Source: Octopus sinensis
Taxonomy: Eukaryota
DNA length: 64,000 bases
Assembly: GCF_006345805.1 (NCBI RefSeq)
Contig: NC_043011.1
Span: 46,760,464 to 46,824,463 of the forward strand
Direction: 5' to 3'
Numbering within the stretch: position 1 is the stretch's first letter; each line of letters opens with the position of its first letter. The notes under the pieces are model-generated. The model searched no databases and was not told the DNA's origin. It saw only the letters and a program-made list of their open reading frames with translations. Shown piece by piece: positions 52,281-64,000 of this stretch. The position numbers were made by a program, and so were the translations under genes.

Positions 52281-54668
52281 CTTTCTGCTCAAGAAGATCT
52301 GCTTCGCTTCATGTTTTGTAATGCTACCCATCACCTCCTCTTCTCTGATCCACTCCTATTTCCTATACTTTGTGACCAAACAGAAAATAACTACTGATCA
52401 TGGCTCCACCCTGATCACTCTTCAAAGAATTTACCTTGATTCCTAACAGTCACTTTCCTTTCATTCTCTCACTGACTTATCCACCAACACTTCACACTCC
52501 TCTGTCTCTATTCTTACTTACATTCACGTTTTGTAACACGAAGACATGTCTATGTCCTGACAGCTCATCACCAACATCCTTTCCTCTCATTGTCCAATTA
52601 GGGTAGCCATGTATTCTCACTACAACATGACACATGTTGTTGTCATGCTATCATGTTTTAGCTTCTTAATACCTGACAAAGTGGAGGTGCATGGCTTAGT
52701 GGTTAGGGTCTCAGCACCATGATCGTAAGATTGTGATTTCAATTCCTGGACCAGGCGATGCATTGTGTTCTTGAGCAAAACACTTCATTTCATGTTGCTC
52801 CAGTCCACTCAGCTGGCAAAAATGAGTAACACTGCAATGGACTGGTGTCCCATCAAGTTGAAGAACACACGCCATAGAAACTGGGAAACAGGGCCCATGA
52901 GCCTGGCTAGGCTTTAAAAGGGCACATTTATATTTTCATAATACCTGACAAAAGTAACATGGTGTCTTCTCTTGTGGAGATACCTGGTGATTTCACTTAA
53001 GCTGTTGTTATGAAATAGACACACAGTACATCATCTCAACTGCATCATCATTACTCTTCTACTGCTCTGCACAATCACAAATCCCCTCCATACATTCCTG
53101 GTCACACTGGTCCTCCCTTTTCTACCCACCACGTACCTTGAAGACCCACACTGACACTTCAACATCTCTGTTATCATTTGCTTTTCAGCTCCACTCAATC
53201 TCTCTTATTCTCTCCTCTAAAATGTGAGTAGCCATGCAACTTCTCTACAACAAAAAATCTATTCTAATCTGGCCTTTTCTTTTGTAATTTACTCCATCTT
53301 TATTCATTATTTATTTATTCTTTATTGCCCACAAGGGGCTAAACATAGAGGGAACAAATAGGGACAGACAAAATGAGTAAGTCCATTACATTGACCCCAG
53401 TGCATAACTGGTACTTAATTTATCGACCCCGAAAGGATGAAAGGCAAAGTCAACCTCGGTGGAATTTGAAATCAGAGCGTAACGGCAGACGAAATACCTA
53501 TTTCTTTACTACCCACAAGGGGCTAAACACAGAGAGGACAAACAAGGACAGACAAACGGATTAAGTCGATTATATCGACCCCAGTGCATAACTGGTACTT
53601 ATTTAATCGACCCCGAAAGGATGAAAAGCAAAGTTGACCTCGGCAGAATTTGAACTCAGAATGTAAAGGGTGACAAAATACCGCTAAGCATTTTGCCAGG
53701 CGTGCTAATGTCTCTGCCAGCTCGCCGCCTTAAGGTTGTTGTCCTCAAGGTTCATTGTCTTGAAAGCTGCTTTGTGACCACACAAGTGCTAATGACAGGA
53801 AAAAAGCACCCAGTACACGTGATAAAGTGATTGGAATTGGGAAGGGCATCTAGTTTTGGAAACCATGTCAAAATAGATGCTGGAGCAAAATGCAGTCCTT
53901 CATCCCATTGAAACTTGGGAAGTCATTCAACCCAGTCAGCATAAAACACGGATGTTAAATAATGATGATGATGAAGTATATACATGTAAATACACACACA
54001 CACACACACATATTTACTAGCTTTTAAATGATGCCACCCTACAATGTAGGCAAGCCAGCCAACATTTCCCCTGATCAGAAGGCTAGTTTATCACAGTGTG
54101 ACCCATTTACAGCTGAGCGGACTGGAACAATCTGAAACGAAATGTTTTGCACATTAACATAACACGCTGCTTGATCTGAGAATCAAACCCACGATTGTCA
54201 GTGCAACCACCTAACCACTGGGCTATGTGCCTTCACATATATAAATATATGTTAAAGAATGTAGTTGTGTAAGGCTTACATATATATATGTGTGTATATA
54301 TATATATATATATGTTGTATGTCCATGAGTATGTGTGACATTGTGTCTCCTCGTCTTGATGTCATGTGTTATAAATGAGTATGGTCCATGTATAAGAGTG
54401 TTCTTAATTTCCAGTCCCTTGTGAAAACATCACCTTGCTGGGATATATATATATTATACATTCTTTTACTCTTTTACTTCTTCAGTTATTTGACTGTGCC
54501 CATGCTGGAGCACCACCTTCAGTCGAGCAAATCGACCTCAGAACTTATTCTTTGTAAGCCTAGTATTTTATTCTATCAGTGTCTTTTGCTGAACCGCTAA
54601 GTTATGGGGACGTAAAACACACAACCGTCGGTTGTCAAGCAATGTTGGGGGAACAAACAAACAAACAT

Positions 54669-54763
<95 letters not shown>

Positions 54764-56004
54764 CAACAGGCTTCTTTCAGTTTCTGTCTACCAAATCCAC
54801 TCAGAAGGCTTTAGTCAGCCCGAGGCTACAGTAGTAGACACTTGCCCATGGTGCCACACAGTGAGAATGAACCCGGAACCATGTAGTTGGTAAGCAAGCT
54901 ATTTACCCCACAGCCACTCACATATATATGTATAATTCAGTGAAAAGAAGACAAAGAAAATTCTTTAACACATCCTTAGTTATAAGTTAGAAATGTTTCT
55001 ATACCATCTCTTTCTGCACCACCAGTTTATGCAAAAATTCTAAATGAAAAATCATGTAATATTTGGCATTTTAGACATTGGGGAGACACTTCCTCAGTCT
55101 TACATTAAAGGTATGCTATTACATTGTTCGTCCTTCAGACATTGTTATTAGGAAAATATTATACATATGCAATATAGGTAAAATGAACAGAAAGAGTACT
55201 CCATCCAGTGAGAAATATATATCATATCAATTTAATAAACATACCGAAAGAGCTACTAAGAGTTTCATGCTTTTACGATACTTTAAATAAGCAGATTTAT
55301 AAAACACACCATGTATCACCAAGCAGTCTTTCAGGCTTTTTTACTCTTTTACTCTTTTACTTGTTTCAGTCATTTGACTGTGGCCATGCTGGAGCACCGC
55401 CTTTAGTCGAGCAAATCAACCCCGGGACTTATTCTTTGTAAGCCCAGTACTTATTCTATCGGTCTCTTTTGCCGAACCGCTAAGTGATGGGGACATAAAC
55501 ACACCAGCAGCGGTTGTCAAGCAATGCTAGGGGGACAAACACAGACACACAAACACACACACACAAATACATATATATATATACATATATACGACAGGCT
55601 TCTTTCAGTTTCCGTCTACCAAATCCACTCGCAAGGTATTGGTTGGCCCGGGGCTATAGCAGAAGACACTTGCCCAAAGTGCCACGCAGTGGGACTGAAC
55701 CCGGAACCATGTGGTTGGTTAGCAAGCTACTTACCACACAGCAACTCCTGCGCTTTGTTCATGTATTAGATATATTAAAAAAGACCTGGGATGCTGGACA
55801 GTGAGAAAATAAGAAAAGAATGAGAAGAAAATTGCAGGGAAATTATGCAAAAAATGGAATAAGAAGATTCTGTCTAGTAAATCCATTCACAAATCTTTCG
55901 TCATCCCAAGTTTATAATAGAAAGCTCTTGTAGGAGGTACAAGGTACCTTGTGTCAACCATGGGGTTGGAAAGAGAACTTCTTGACAGCAATGCTTGCAC
56001 CTGA

Positions 56005-56320
56005 ATGTATGTATGTATGTATGTATGTATTTATGTATGTATTTATGTATGTATGTATGTATGTTTTTATGTATTTATGTATGTGTGTATCTGTATGTAT
56101 GTATGTATGTATGTTTGTATGTGTGTATCTGTATGTATGTATGTATGTATGTATGTATGTATGTATGTATGTATGTATGTATGTATTTATGTATGTATGT
56201 ACATACGTATGTGTGTATCTGTATGTATGTTTGTATGTATGTATGTATTTATGTATGTATGTACATACGTATGTGTGTATCTGTATGTATCTATGTATAT
56301 GTGCATGTGTATGTATGCAT
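56005..56320. repeat. (TATG)n degenerate microsatellite
   Basis: Directly visible. Source of the MYVC pseudo-ORFs. Confidence 0.95.
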
Positions 56321-56384
56321 GAATATAAGTATGTATACCTGTCTACCTATCCATCTCTATATATCTCTGTTTATACACACACAT

Positions 56385-56425
<41 letters not shown>

Positions 56426-56757
56426 TATATATACTTACATACATATATTATTTATTTCTTAAATGTACATTTATGAATATGTATATATGCATACACACAC
56501 ACACATGAGTACACACACACACATGCGTACACACACACACATACACACACACAAATGTGAGTTTTTATGCGAGTGTGTGTGTATATATGTGTGAATAATG
56601 TATTTATAAATGTTAGCTTTGTTACTGACACTTCATTATCAATAAATGAATAAACACGATATTCTACATACATACATACATACATACATACAAACATAGA
56701 TACAGAATTACATACATATATAATTACATACATACACATACTTACATACAAGCATAC

Positions 56758-56825
56758 CATCTGAACTGCGATATACAATCCATTCACTCAGCATCATTTT
56801 CATAGCAACTGGTTTTATTCTGTTG
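56758..56825 (-). CDS. Weak candidate exon (68 nt, ends in phase 1)
   Basis: Acceptor gatgtttccttag, donor ATG|gtatgc. Frame reads NRIKPVAMKMMLSEWIVYRSSD. Confidence 0.25.
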
Positions 56826-58069
56826 CTAAGGAAACATCAATGTTAATATTTGCCTCTAAAGCAGCAGGCGCTGGCTTTCAAATTTATAAGTAGAAATGGT
56901 ACTGGATGTTGTTGCTTTCGTGCTTCTTAATACGTTGTTGCTGTTTAACCCTCGGTCGGCCTTCAGTGAGCAGTCCTATGATCCAAAGCATTCAAATAAT
57001 TCCCATCCTGTCTTTTGTTTTTTGTTTGTTTTTAATTTATTTATTTTTAATATTGTTATCTGTTTATCTACGTACGACTGCATTATCGAATGTGTTGTTC
57101 TGACATTTCTGAAACAAGCTGAGTGAGATTCGAGGAAGATTCAGCTGCTATATCTTGCAGTTTGAGTGACCACATATACATTGTGCCTGTGTATGTGCCC
57201 AACCACTGCTTGTCAACTGGTGTTCGTTTGTTTATATCCAAGTATGAGGCTTAAAAGGGGAAAAAATCCATTGGGTAGGGGGTGACATGTTCAACTAAAT
57301 CCACTTCAGGGAGGTGCTCCAACATGGTCGTAATCTAATGACTGAAGCAAGTAAAAGATTAAAAAATAAATAAGTTAGAAAAGGCTTGAATAGAAAATAT
57401 CTTACTGTCCCTTGTGTGTTGGGAATAATTATAAAGTTACCACCCTGGAGGCTTCAAACTTTAATGGGTTGATGGTTTATAGATAGCAGTAGTGGGGATT
57501 GTGATGGTTGTAGTTTTAGTGGTCGTAGCTGTGATAGTATATGAGAGTTCATGATGACCTAAGTGAGATTTGAACTCACAGCACTGACATAATCAAATGG
57601 GCGCATGAAATCATTTGTCCAACTACATTCTGCCTCAGCAGTCTACAGACACAACCAGGCAACAAGGATTTGTCTACCTAGTCATTTGATTTGCTAGAAA
57701 TAGCAGCCAAAATTACTTTTAAATCATATTTTGTGTATTTTAAGAAGGAGACATAATCTTAAATAGAACCACCTTAATAAAAAGATGATGGTCATGGCTG
57801 GACTGCCTGTTATTGGCTATAAGTCTTATTCAGAGTTCACCGGGGGCTAAGCAATAACTTAATAAGGGTTGTGTGGTGTTCATGCATATTTCATCAAGAA
57901 CATTTTCTTAATAAATGATCTATGATAGCGACACCTAAGAATTAACACCAGGACACTGGTTTTCTTTTCTAGGAGTTTTACCTCTAACCAATAATACTGG
58001 TACTCTGCTGGTTAAGATGATAAGGGTTCCAGTCGATCTAATCAACAGAACATCCTGCTCATGAAAGTA

Positions 58070-58621
58070 TTGGGTTGTCCGGAAAGTTTGTAGCTTACCT
58101 TTCAACTTATTTTAGAACATGGTTGAGTCCATAAAATAGGGATTGACTACATCTCCATTTAGAGCACAGTTTAGCTATCTTTTCGTGGAAGAAGGTTAAT
58201 GTTCCTATAACCTATGTTAGTTCTGTAACACTTTAAAATGGAAGATAAGAAAGTTCATTTTTGGCACTTGATGCTTTGGGAACCAGACAAAAATTGCTGC
58301 AACTCGGCTGGGATGTATTACCCCACCCTCCATATTCATCAGATATTGCTCCTTCAGATTTCCACTTATTCAGGACTCTGCAGAATAGTGTTAATGGTAA
58401 TAATTTCAATTCCTTGGCTGACATAAAAAGATACCTTGATGAATTCTTTGCCATGAAACCACCTCAGTTCTGGGAAGAGGATATTTTCAAGTTAAAGGAA
58501 AGATGGAGACAGATTGTGCAACAAAATGGTTCATATTTGGTTGATTAAAAATGTAATGGCAAGTATTTATTGACCTTTTTCTTTCCTTTAAAAATTGGTA
58601 CGAACTTTCTGGACAACCCAA
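58070..58621 (+). mobile_element. Second copy of the deleted mariner MITE, inserted in a family C SINE
   Basis: TA-ttgggttgtccggaaagtt ... aactttctggacaacccaa-TA. Encodes RQKLLQLGWDVLPHPPYSSDIAPSDFHLF. Confidence 0.9.
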
Positions 58622-61600
58622 TAACATTCAAATGGCTGAGCACTCCACAGACGTGTAACCTTAACGTAGTTCTTAAGGAGATTCTGTGCGACACTGATTG
58701 TGACAAGGTTGGCCCTTTAAAATTTAGGTACTATTCATTTTTGCTAGCTGAGTGGACTAAAGCAATGTGAAAAAAAAGTGTCTTGCTCAAGGGCACAATG
58801 TGCTGCTGGGTATTGAACTCATGACTTTATCATTATGAGCCAAATATCCTAACCACTAGGCCGCATGCTTTTACTTCCAGCCCATATTGTCTATGTAAAT
58901 ATACTAAACATTCAAACATTCTACAAGAACGATGGCTGAGCTGATACAGGTATAGTTGTCTGTTTGAGAAGTTTGCTTTGTAACTAAATGCCTTTGGGTT
59001 CAGTTCTACATCATGTACATTGGGCAAGTTGTCTTCTACCATAGGCTGGGTCTACCAAAGATTCTAAGTGAAATTTAATCACTTGTGTGGCAGATGGTGT
59101 GAGGGTCCACTCCTGTTGTTGGGGGACAAGCTTCATCTATTCACTGGTAAAATACCACCTCCCCACCAATCTTTGCAAACCTTCAGTACAGTCCATTCTA
59201 TTAAAGATATTGAAGCCAGTGTTTTGGATTGAGGTTAATCCATATGATGTGGTACATAACTTCTTTAAATCCTTCCAGTCTTTAAATCCTATTTCTTTAA
59301 ATCCTACCATAAAATGAACTCTTCCTGTTCTGGGATAGTAAACTTAATGTGTTACCTGTTTTAACATTTTGGTCCTTAGTGCCTCTAATAAAGTCCATTT
59401 TGTTGCAAGTGGGGGGGACAGGTATCTGGTTTGTGGATAACTTCCTCCCTGCTTCCTATCAATTTTAAGGACCCTGAAAAGGGTCATAAGTCTTTTCTTT
59501 CCTCCTTTGACGAAGCAATAGAAATTAAATCTCCAGTGAGCATTTTCTGCAGAATTTTGCTTCTGTAACATTGAGTTACAAGTTCAGCTTTCACTAAGGA
59601 AGATTTTTATCTTTCCATCTTTGCTAGGAATGGAAGGATGAACAATGATGCAAATAACTGCATCAGAAATACCAATGTTGAACTTGTAGCTTAGCACCAG
59701 ATCACCTTTGACTGAGCAGACCTAAGATGAAATGCATTTCAATCATGACCATCTTCCCATTTTCTAATGACCAGCCTCACATTATCCAATGTGCTTCTTC
59801 TAAGATGGCCAATATATGAGTTCAGCTATTTCTAGTGAGCTTAGCAACCACATACAGACACCATTGTTGAGGTCTCAGTACTGAGATTATCAAACTATGT
59901 AGATAAAGTAAAAACCTACAATCCAAAGGGTCATGAGTTCAAGGTCATTGTCAAACTCCACTGTTTTGTCACTTCAGAGGACAAAATCATTTATTCTACT
60001 GTAGAAAGCATTCCGAAACAGATGTCGAAGTTTGATGCATTTCTCTGACCTGTAAGATCTTGATAAACTATCAAACCAATGTTAACATGAATTATGGATG
60101 TTAGATGATGAAGATGCCTCATATCAGCATATAGATGTGAAGAGACATGAAATCTGCTGGGAAATGCTAATATTAAGAGCCTAGCACACCAGCCAGAATG
60201 GTTGTAGTAATGTCCTCTCAGAATTACTAAATGGCAAAAACTTAGTTCATGTAGGAGTTCCTTCTTCATAACATGATTAGCTCCCTCTCCAATGAGTATA
60301 TATACTGGGGTTGAATATTGTCCCTAGAACAGGTTTAATACAAGCATTAGCACTGTATTTATAAAAAGAAAACAAACAAAAAAGGCAAAAAAAAATCATT
60401 GCAACATTACCAAAGAAATACACACGTGTGTAAGGATGAGCATGGCCATGTGCATGCAAAGTTCACTTTGCAACTAAGGGATGCTGTGTTCAATCCCACT
60501 GCACAGTACTGAAAGGAAGTTCCTCCTACTTCTGATGGAAACTGTGTAGAAGCCTGCCATATATTTTCCATTCCTTTATTCATATTTACTTGTTTCTGTC
60601 AGTTGATTGTGGCCAATCTGGAGCACTACCTCGAAGTGTTTTAGTCAAACAAATTGACTCCAGAACTTATTTTTTAAAGCCTAGTACTTATTCTATTGGT
60701 CTCTTTTGCCAAACTGCTAGGTTACAAGGATGTAAACACATCAACACCAGTTGTCAAGTGGGGGTGGGGGATAAACACAGTTGCAGAAACACACTCGTAG
60801 ATATATATAAATATATACGACAGGCTTCTTTCAGTTTCCATCTCCCAAATCTACTCACAAGGCTTTGGTTGGCCTGAGGTTAAAGAAGATACTTGCCCAA
60901 GGTGTCATGCAATAGGACTGAACCAAGAACCATGTGGTTGGGAAGCAAACTTCTTACCAGACAACTACACCTTTGCCATATAGTTTTTATGCATAGTTAT
61001 AGTGAGGGCATGTGGCTTAGTGGTTAGAGCATTCGGCTCATGATTGTAAGGTTGTGAGTTCAATTCCCGGTGATGCGCTGTGTCCTTGAGCAAGACTCTT
61101 TATTTCATATTGCTCCAGTCCACTCAGCTGGCAAAAATGAGTTGTACCTGTATTTCAAAGGGCCAGCCATGTCACATTCTGTGTCACTCTGAATCTCCTT
61201 GTGAACTACATTGAGGGTACACATGTCTGTGGAATGCTCAGCCACTTGCACGTTAATTTCACAAGCCAGCTGTTCTGTTGATTGTATCAGCTGGGCCCTT
61301 CATCGTCATAACTAACGGAGTGCTCTGATGCATAGTTATCTTAGGTTTTTACTGTGTGTCTACTATGGCATTTCATTAGGCCTTAGAAATCCTGAGTGGT
61401 ACCTATCTCCGCTCCGAGTGTTTAATCCTTCATTAATTTTGACTTGCCACCAAAAGCAGTTATCAGAGTGTGGCTCAGAATGAACTCAGAGCCAAAAGTG
61501 GGAGTCAAGTAAGAACCTGTGTGCCTGTGTATTCTTAAGGATGCTGCCATCAGAAACTTGGGTAATATTTCTATCTGAAACACAGGGCACAAAATGAATA

Positions 61601-61639
61601 GCTCTGTCTGACAGCAAGTAAACAAATACGCTGGCAGAC

Positions 61640-61965
61640 AGGAACCATTACTTGCACCGGTAAAAAGATAAAAGCTTGCATGGCTTGGTCAGAAATCCCC
61701 CCCACTACAATTCCCTGTCCAAAACCATTCTTCAGGGGCAGCTGAGGGAGGGTGACAAGGGCTGATGGAGAAAATCCTAGTTTGGCAACATCAAGGACTA
61801 GACAGGTGACAATACAGTGAACCTGCTATGCATGACAAAGAACAGTGACCAGTAGTGATGGTTGACTGCAAAAATACCTAGAGTGGGACACCAACACATT
61901 AGTTAAGGTATGATGATGATGATGATGATGATGATGAGGAGGAGGAGGAGGAGGAGGAGGAGGAT
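61640..61965 (+). mobile_element. RTE-clade LINE 3' fragment with (GAT)n/(GAG)n tail
   Basis: EPLLAPVKR*KLAWLG, NSLSKTILQG and RKS*FGNIKD*TG match the RTE C-terminal region. Confidence 0.7.
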
Positions 61966-62578
61966 GAGTAAGTATAATTATGCATAGAAAGAGACAAACA
62001 TTAATTGAATCTCCCTTAAAAAAAGGAGTGTATCAAATTATTTTTACAGGGATAAAGTTGACAGTGATTTCAAAATTTCATTGCACTTTGTCCATGTGTG
62101 TGTGTGTGTGTGTGTGTTTTGTTATGTACAGTATTGTCAACAAAAAAAATGTCACAACATACTGCCTCTCAGCTAATAGGTGTCTGAACAAAACAAGAAC
62201 CATAACTGAATAAACCTTTGAAGGTAGAGCCCCAGCATGGCCAGAGTCCAATGACTGAAACTGGTAAAAGTATAAAAGAATAAAATATATTCATTCATTC
62301 TCTACAGACGTATGACGATGATGATGATGATGATGTTCACATTCAGTGATAATCAAATATAATAGCTCAATTATACAAAACACCCATTAACTAAAACACC
62401 AATACATAAGCACATATACACACATGTAGATTAATGGATATACATACAACCATTCACACACATGCATATAAATTTATATATACATGTATGTATATATATA
62501 TGTGTGTGTATGCTTATGTGTTCGTGTGTATGTATATATATATGTACATATATACATATGTATATATACACATATATG

Positions 62579-62625
<47 letters not shown>

Positions 62626-64000
62626 GCATGTATACATATATTTATATGTACACACACACATATATACATACACACATACATACACACATATATACATTTA
62701 TATATATGCATGTATACATATATTTATATGTATACACACACACACACACATTAGGATGTGCTGCATCAAAGAATTTTCTTTTTTCAAGTCAATGAAGATT
62801 CTTTGATAAAAAAAAAATCAAAACTGGTTGTTAAAAGAAAGAAGTTTCTTTGTGCCGATTCTTCAACAACACTCAAAGTGAAATGAAAATAATGGAAGTT
62901 TTTCTTTCTTTTCTTTTACAAAACACACTAAATAAATCTGAACATGACTTTTATTTTAAAGCTGATGTCAGTAATCAGTATTTAACAAGTTTTATCTGAA
63001 TACATAACTTTCAATATTCAATTCAATAAAATATTTATTATTAAAAAAAAAAGTCTTAGTATGATAATTTTTTGATGTTAAATCACTGAAATATTTTTAC
63101 TAACAAAGTAACTGTGATTCAAAAGTAAAATAACTTATGGCCTTTAAAACTCATAGTTTGTGGAAGAGGGTCTTCCAAACCCCTACATTTGGCCTTCAAA
63201 GAAGTTTAAATTTTGTTGATAGCATATAATATTTTATACTTATTCTAAAGTTCAATCATTATCATAAAAATATTTTAAAAATCAAGTTCATACTTTTGTT
63301 TCTTACTTTGAAATAACTTAAAATATTTTGGTATATATAATGAATTATCTTCAATGCGGCATTATCAGAAGATACTTATTTCAATTAAACCCTCAAATAT
63401 AAAAAGTTTCCCAGCCTCTCCCTCACAACATAATCCTTCTATTTTAAACAACAGAAAAATTCTTTAGTAACAATAAAAATTGAAATAAGAATATATTTTA
63501 ATATAAATTTTTATTTTAGATCTCATTCTCATAGCCACAGCCAAGATGAATTAAGTTGTTTTATTTGAAATTTAAATGAATGAAGATGTTTATAAACAGT
63601 CGTAAGTGAATGAGAAACTTTACAGTTACTTAAACAGAGTGAAACTTGAGTAAGAATTCAGTTTTTTTTTAAGGCATTCTACGAAATTTTTTTTTGAAAA
63701 TGGTCAGACTTTAAACATTAATATGACTTGTAGTTATATCTGGGGAATATTTTTTTCCTTAACTTAGTAAAAAAAAAAATAAGATTTGAAAAATATTTTT
63801 TTTATTTCAGTCAAAGCAAAAGAAAAAAAAAATTCTTCAACAGACCCCAAAATGTCAAAAACAAAAAAAATTAATTCAAAATTCTTCGAAAATACTGCCA
63901 AACTCCAGTGAGGAAACATGAGGTGTGTTCGGTTGCTTGCTGGTTGGTTCTGCCTGTTTGTTTATATATTTTTGTTTCAATGTTGAAAACAGATGTTTAG

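Noticed and set aside
2468-60877. Recurrent ORFs such as QSFDCGHAGAPPLVEQIDP and VYQIHSQGFGRPEAIVEDTCP
   Set aside because: Chance frames of SINE family A, with stops and frameshifts differing between copies.
27-62806. Numerous ORFs rich in YI/HT/CV/MYVC
   Set aside because: Translations of (TA)n, (CA)n and (TATG)n microsatellites, open in several frames on both strands.
1-64000. True tRNA/rRNA genes or CRISPR arrays
   Set aside because: All tRNA-like boxes are SINE heads without full cloverleafs, and there is no repeat-spacer array in this eukaryotic DNA.

Overview
AT-rich eukaryotic non-coding DNA, most likely from an octopus or related cephalopod (inferred from the SINE families and the density of (TA)n/(CA)n/(TATG)n microsatellites). 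Nearly all ORFs in the supplied track are microsatellite or SINE artefacts. The window is dominated by at least three tRNA-derived SINE families, decayed RTE and CR1 LINE pieces, Tc1/mariner, hAT and piggyBac-type MITEs, triplet minisatellites and an 888-bp tandem duplication. Two features stand out. (1) About ten type-I hammerhead-ribozyme (HHR) motifs sit in short Penelope-like (PLE) elements, most abutting (TA)n tracts. One has a fully canonical core (12278-12359), one pair lies in a tRNA-headed fold-back, and one is tandemly duplicated like a retrozyme. (2) Splice signals on the minus strand suggest the window lies inside a large gene I cannot name. These include a textbook AG|GTAAG recursive-type site (16605/16604), an 18-nt microexon whose donor is base-paired to an intronic complementary sequence (28141-28158), and further phase-1-compatible candidate exons. 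All exon calls are from signals alone and need RNA data.
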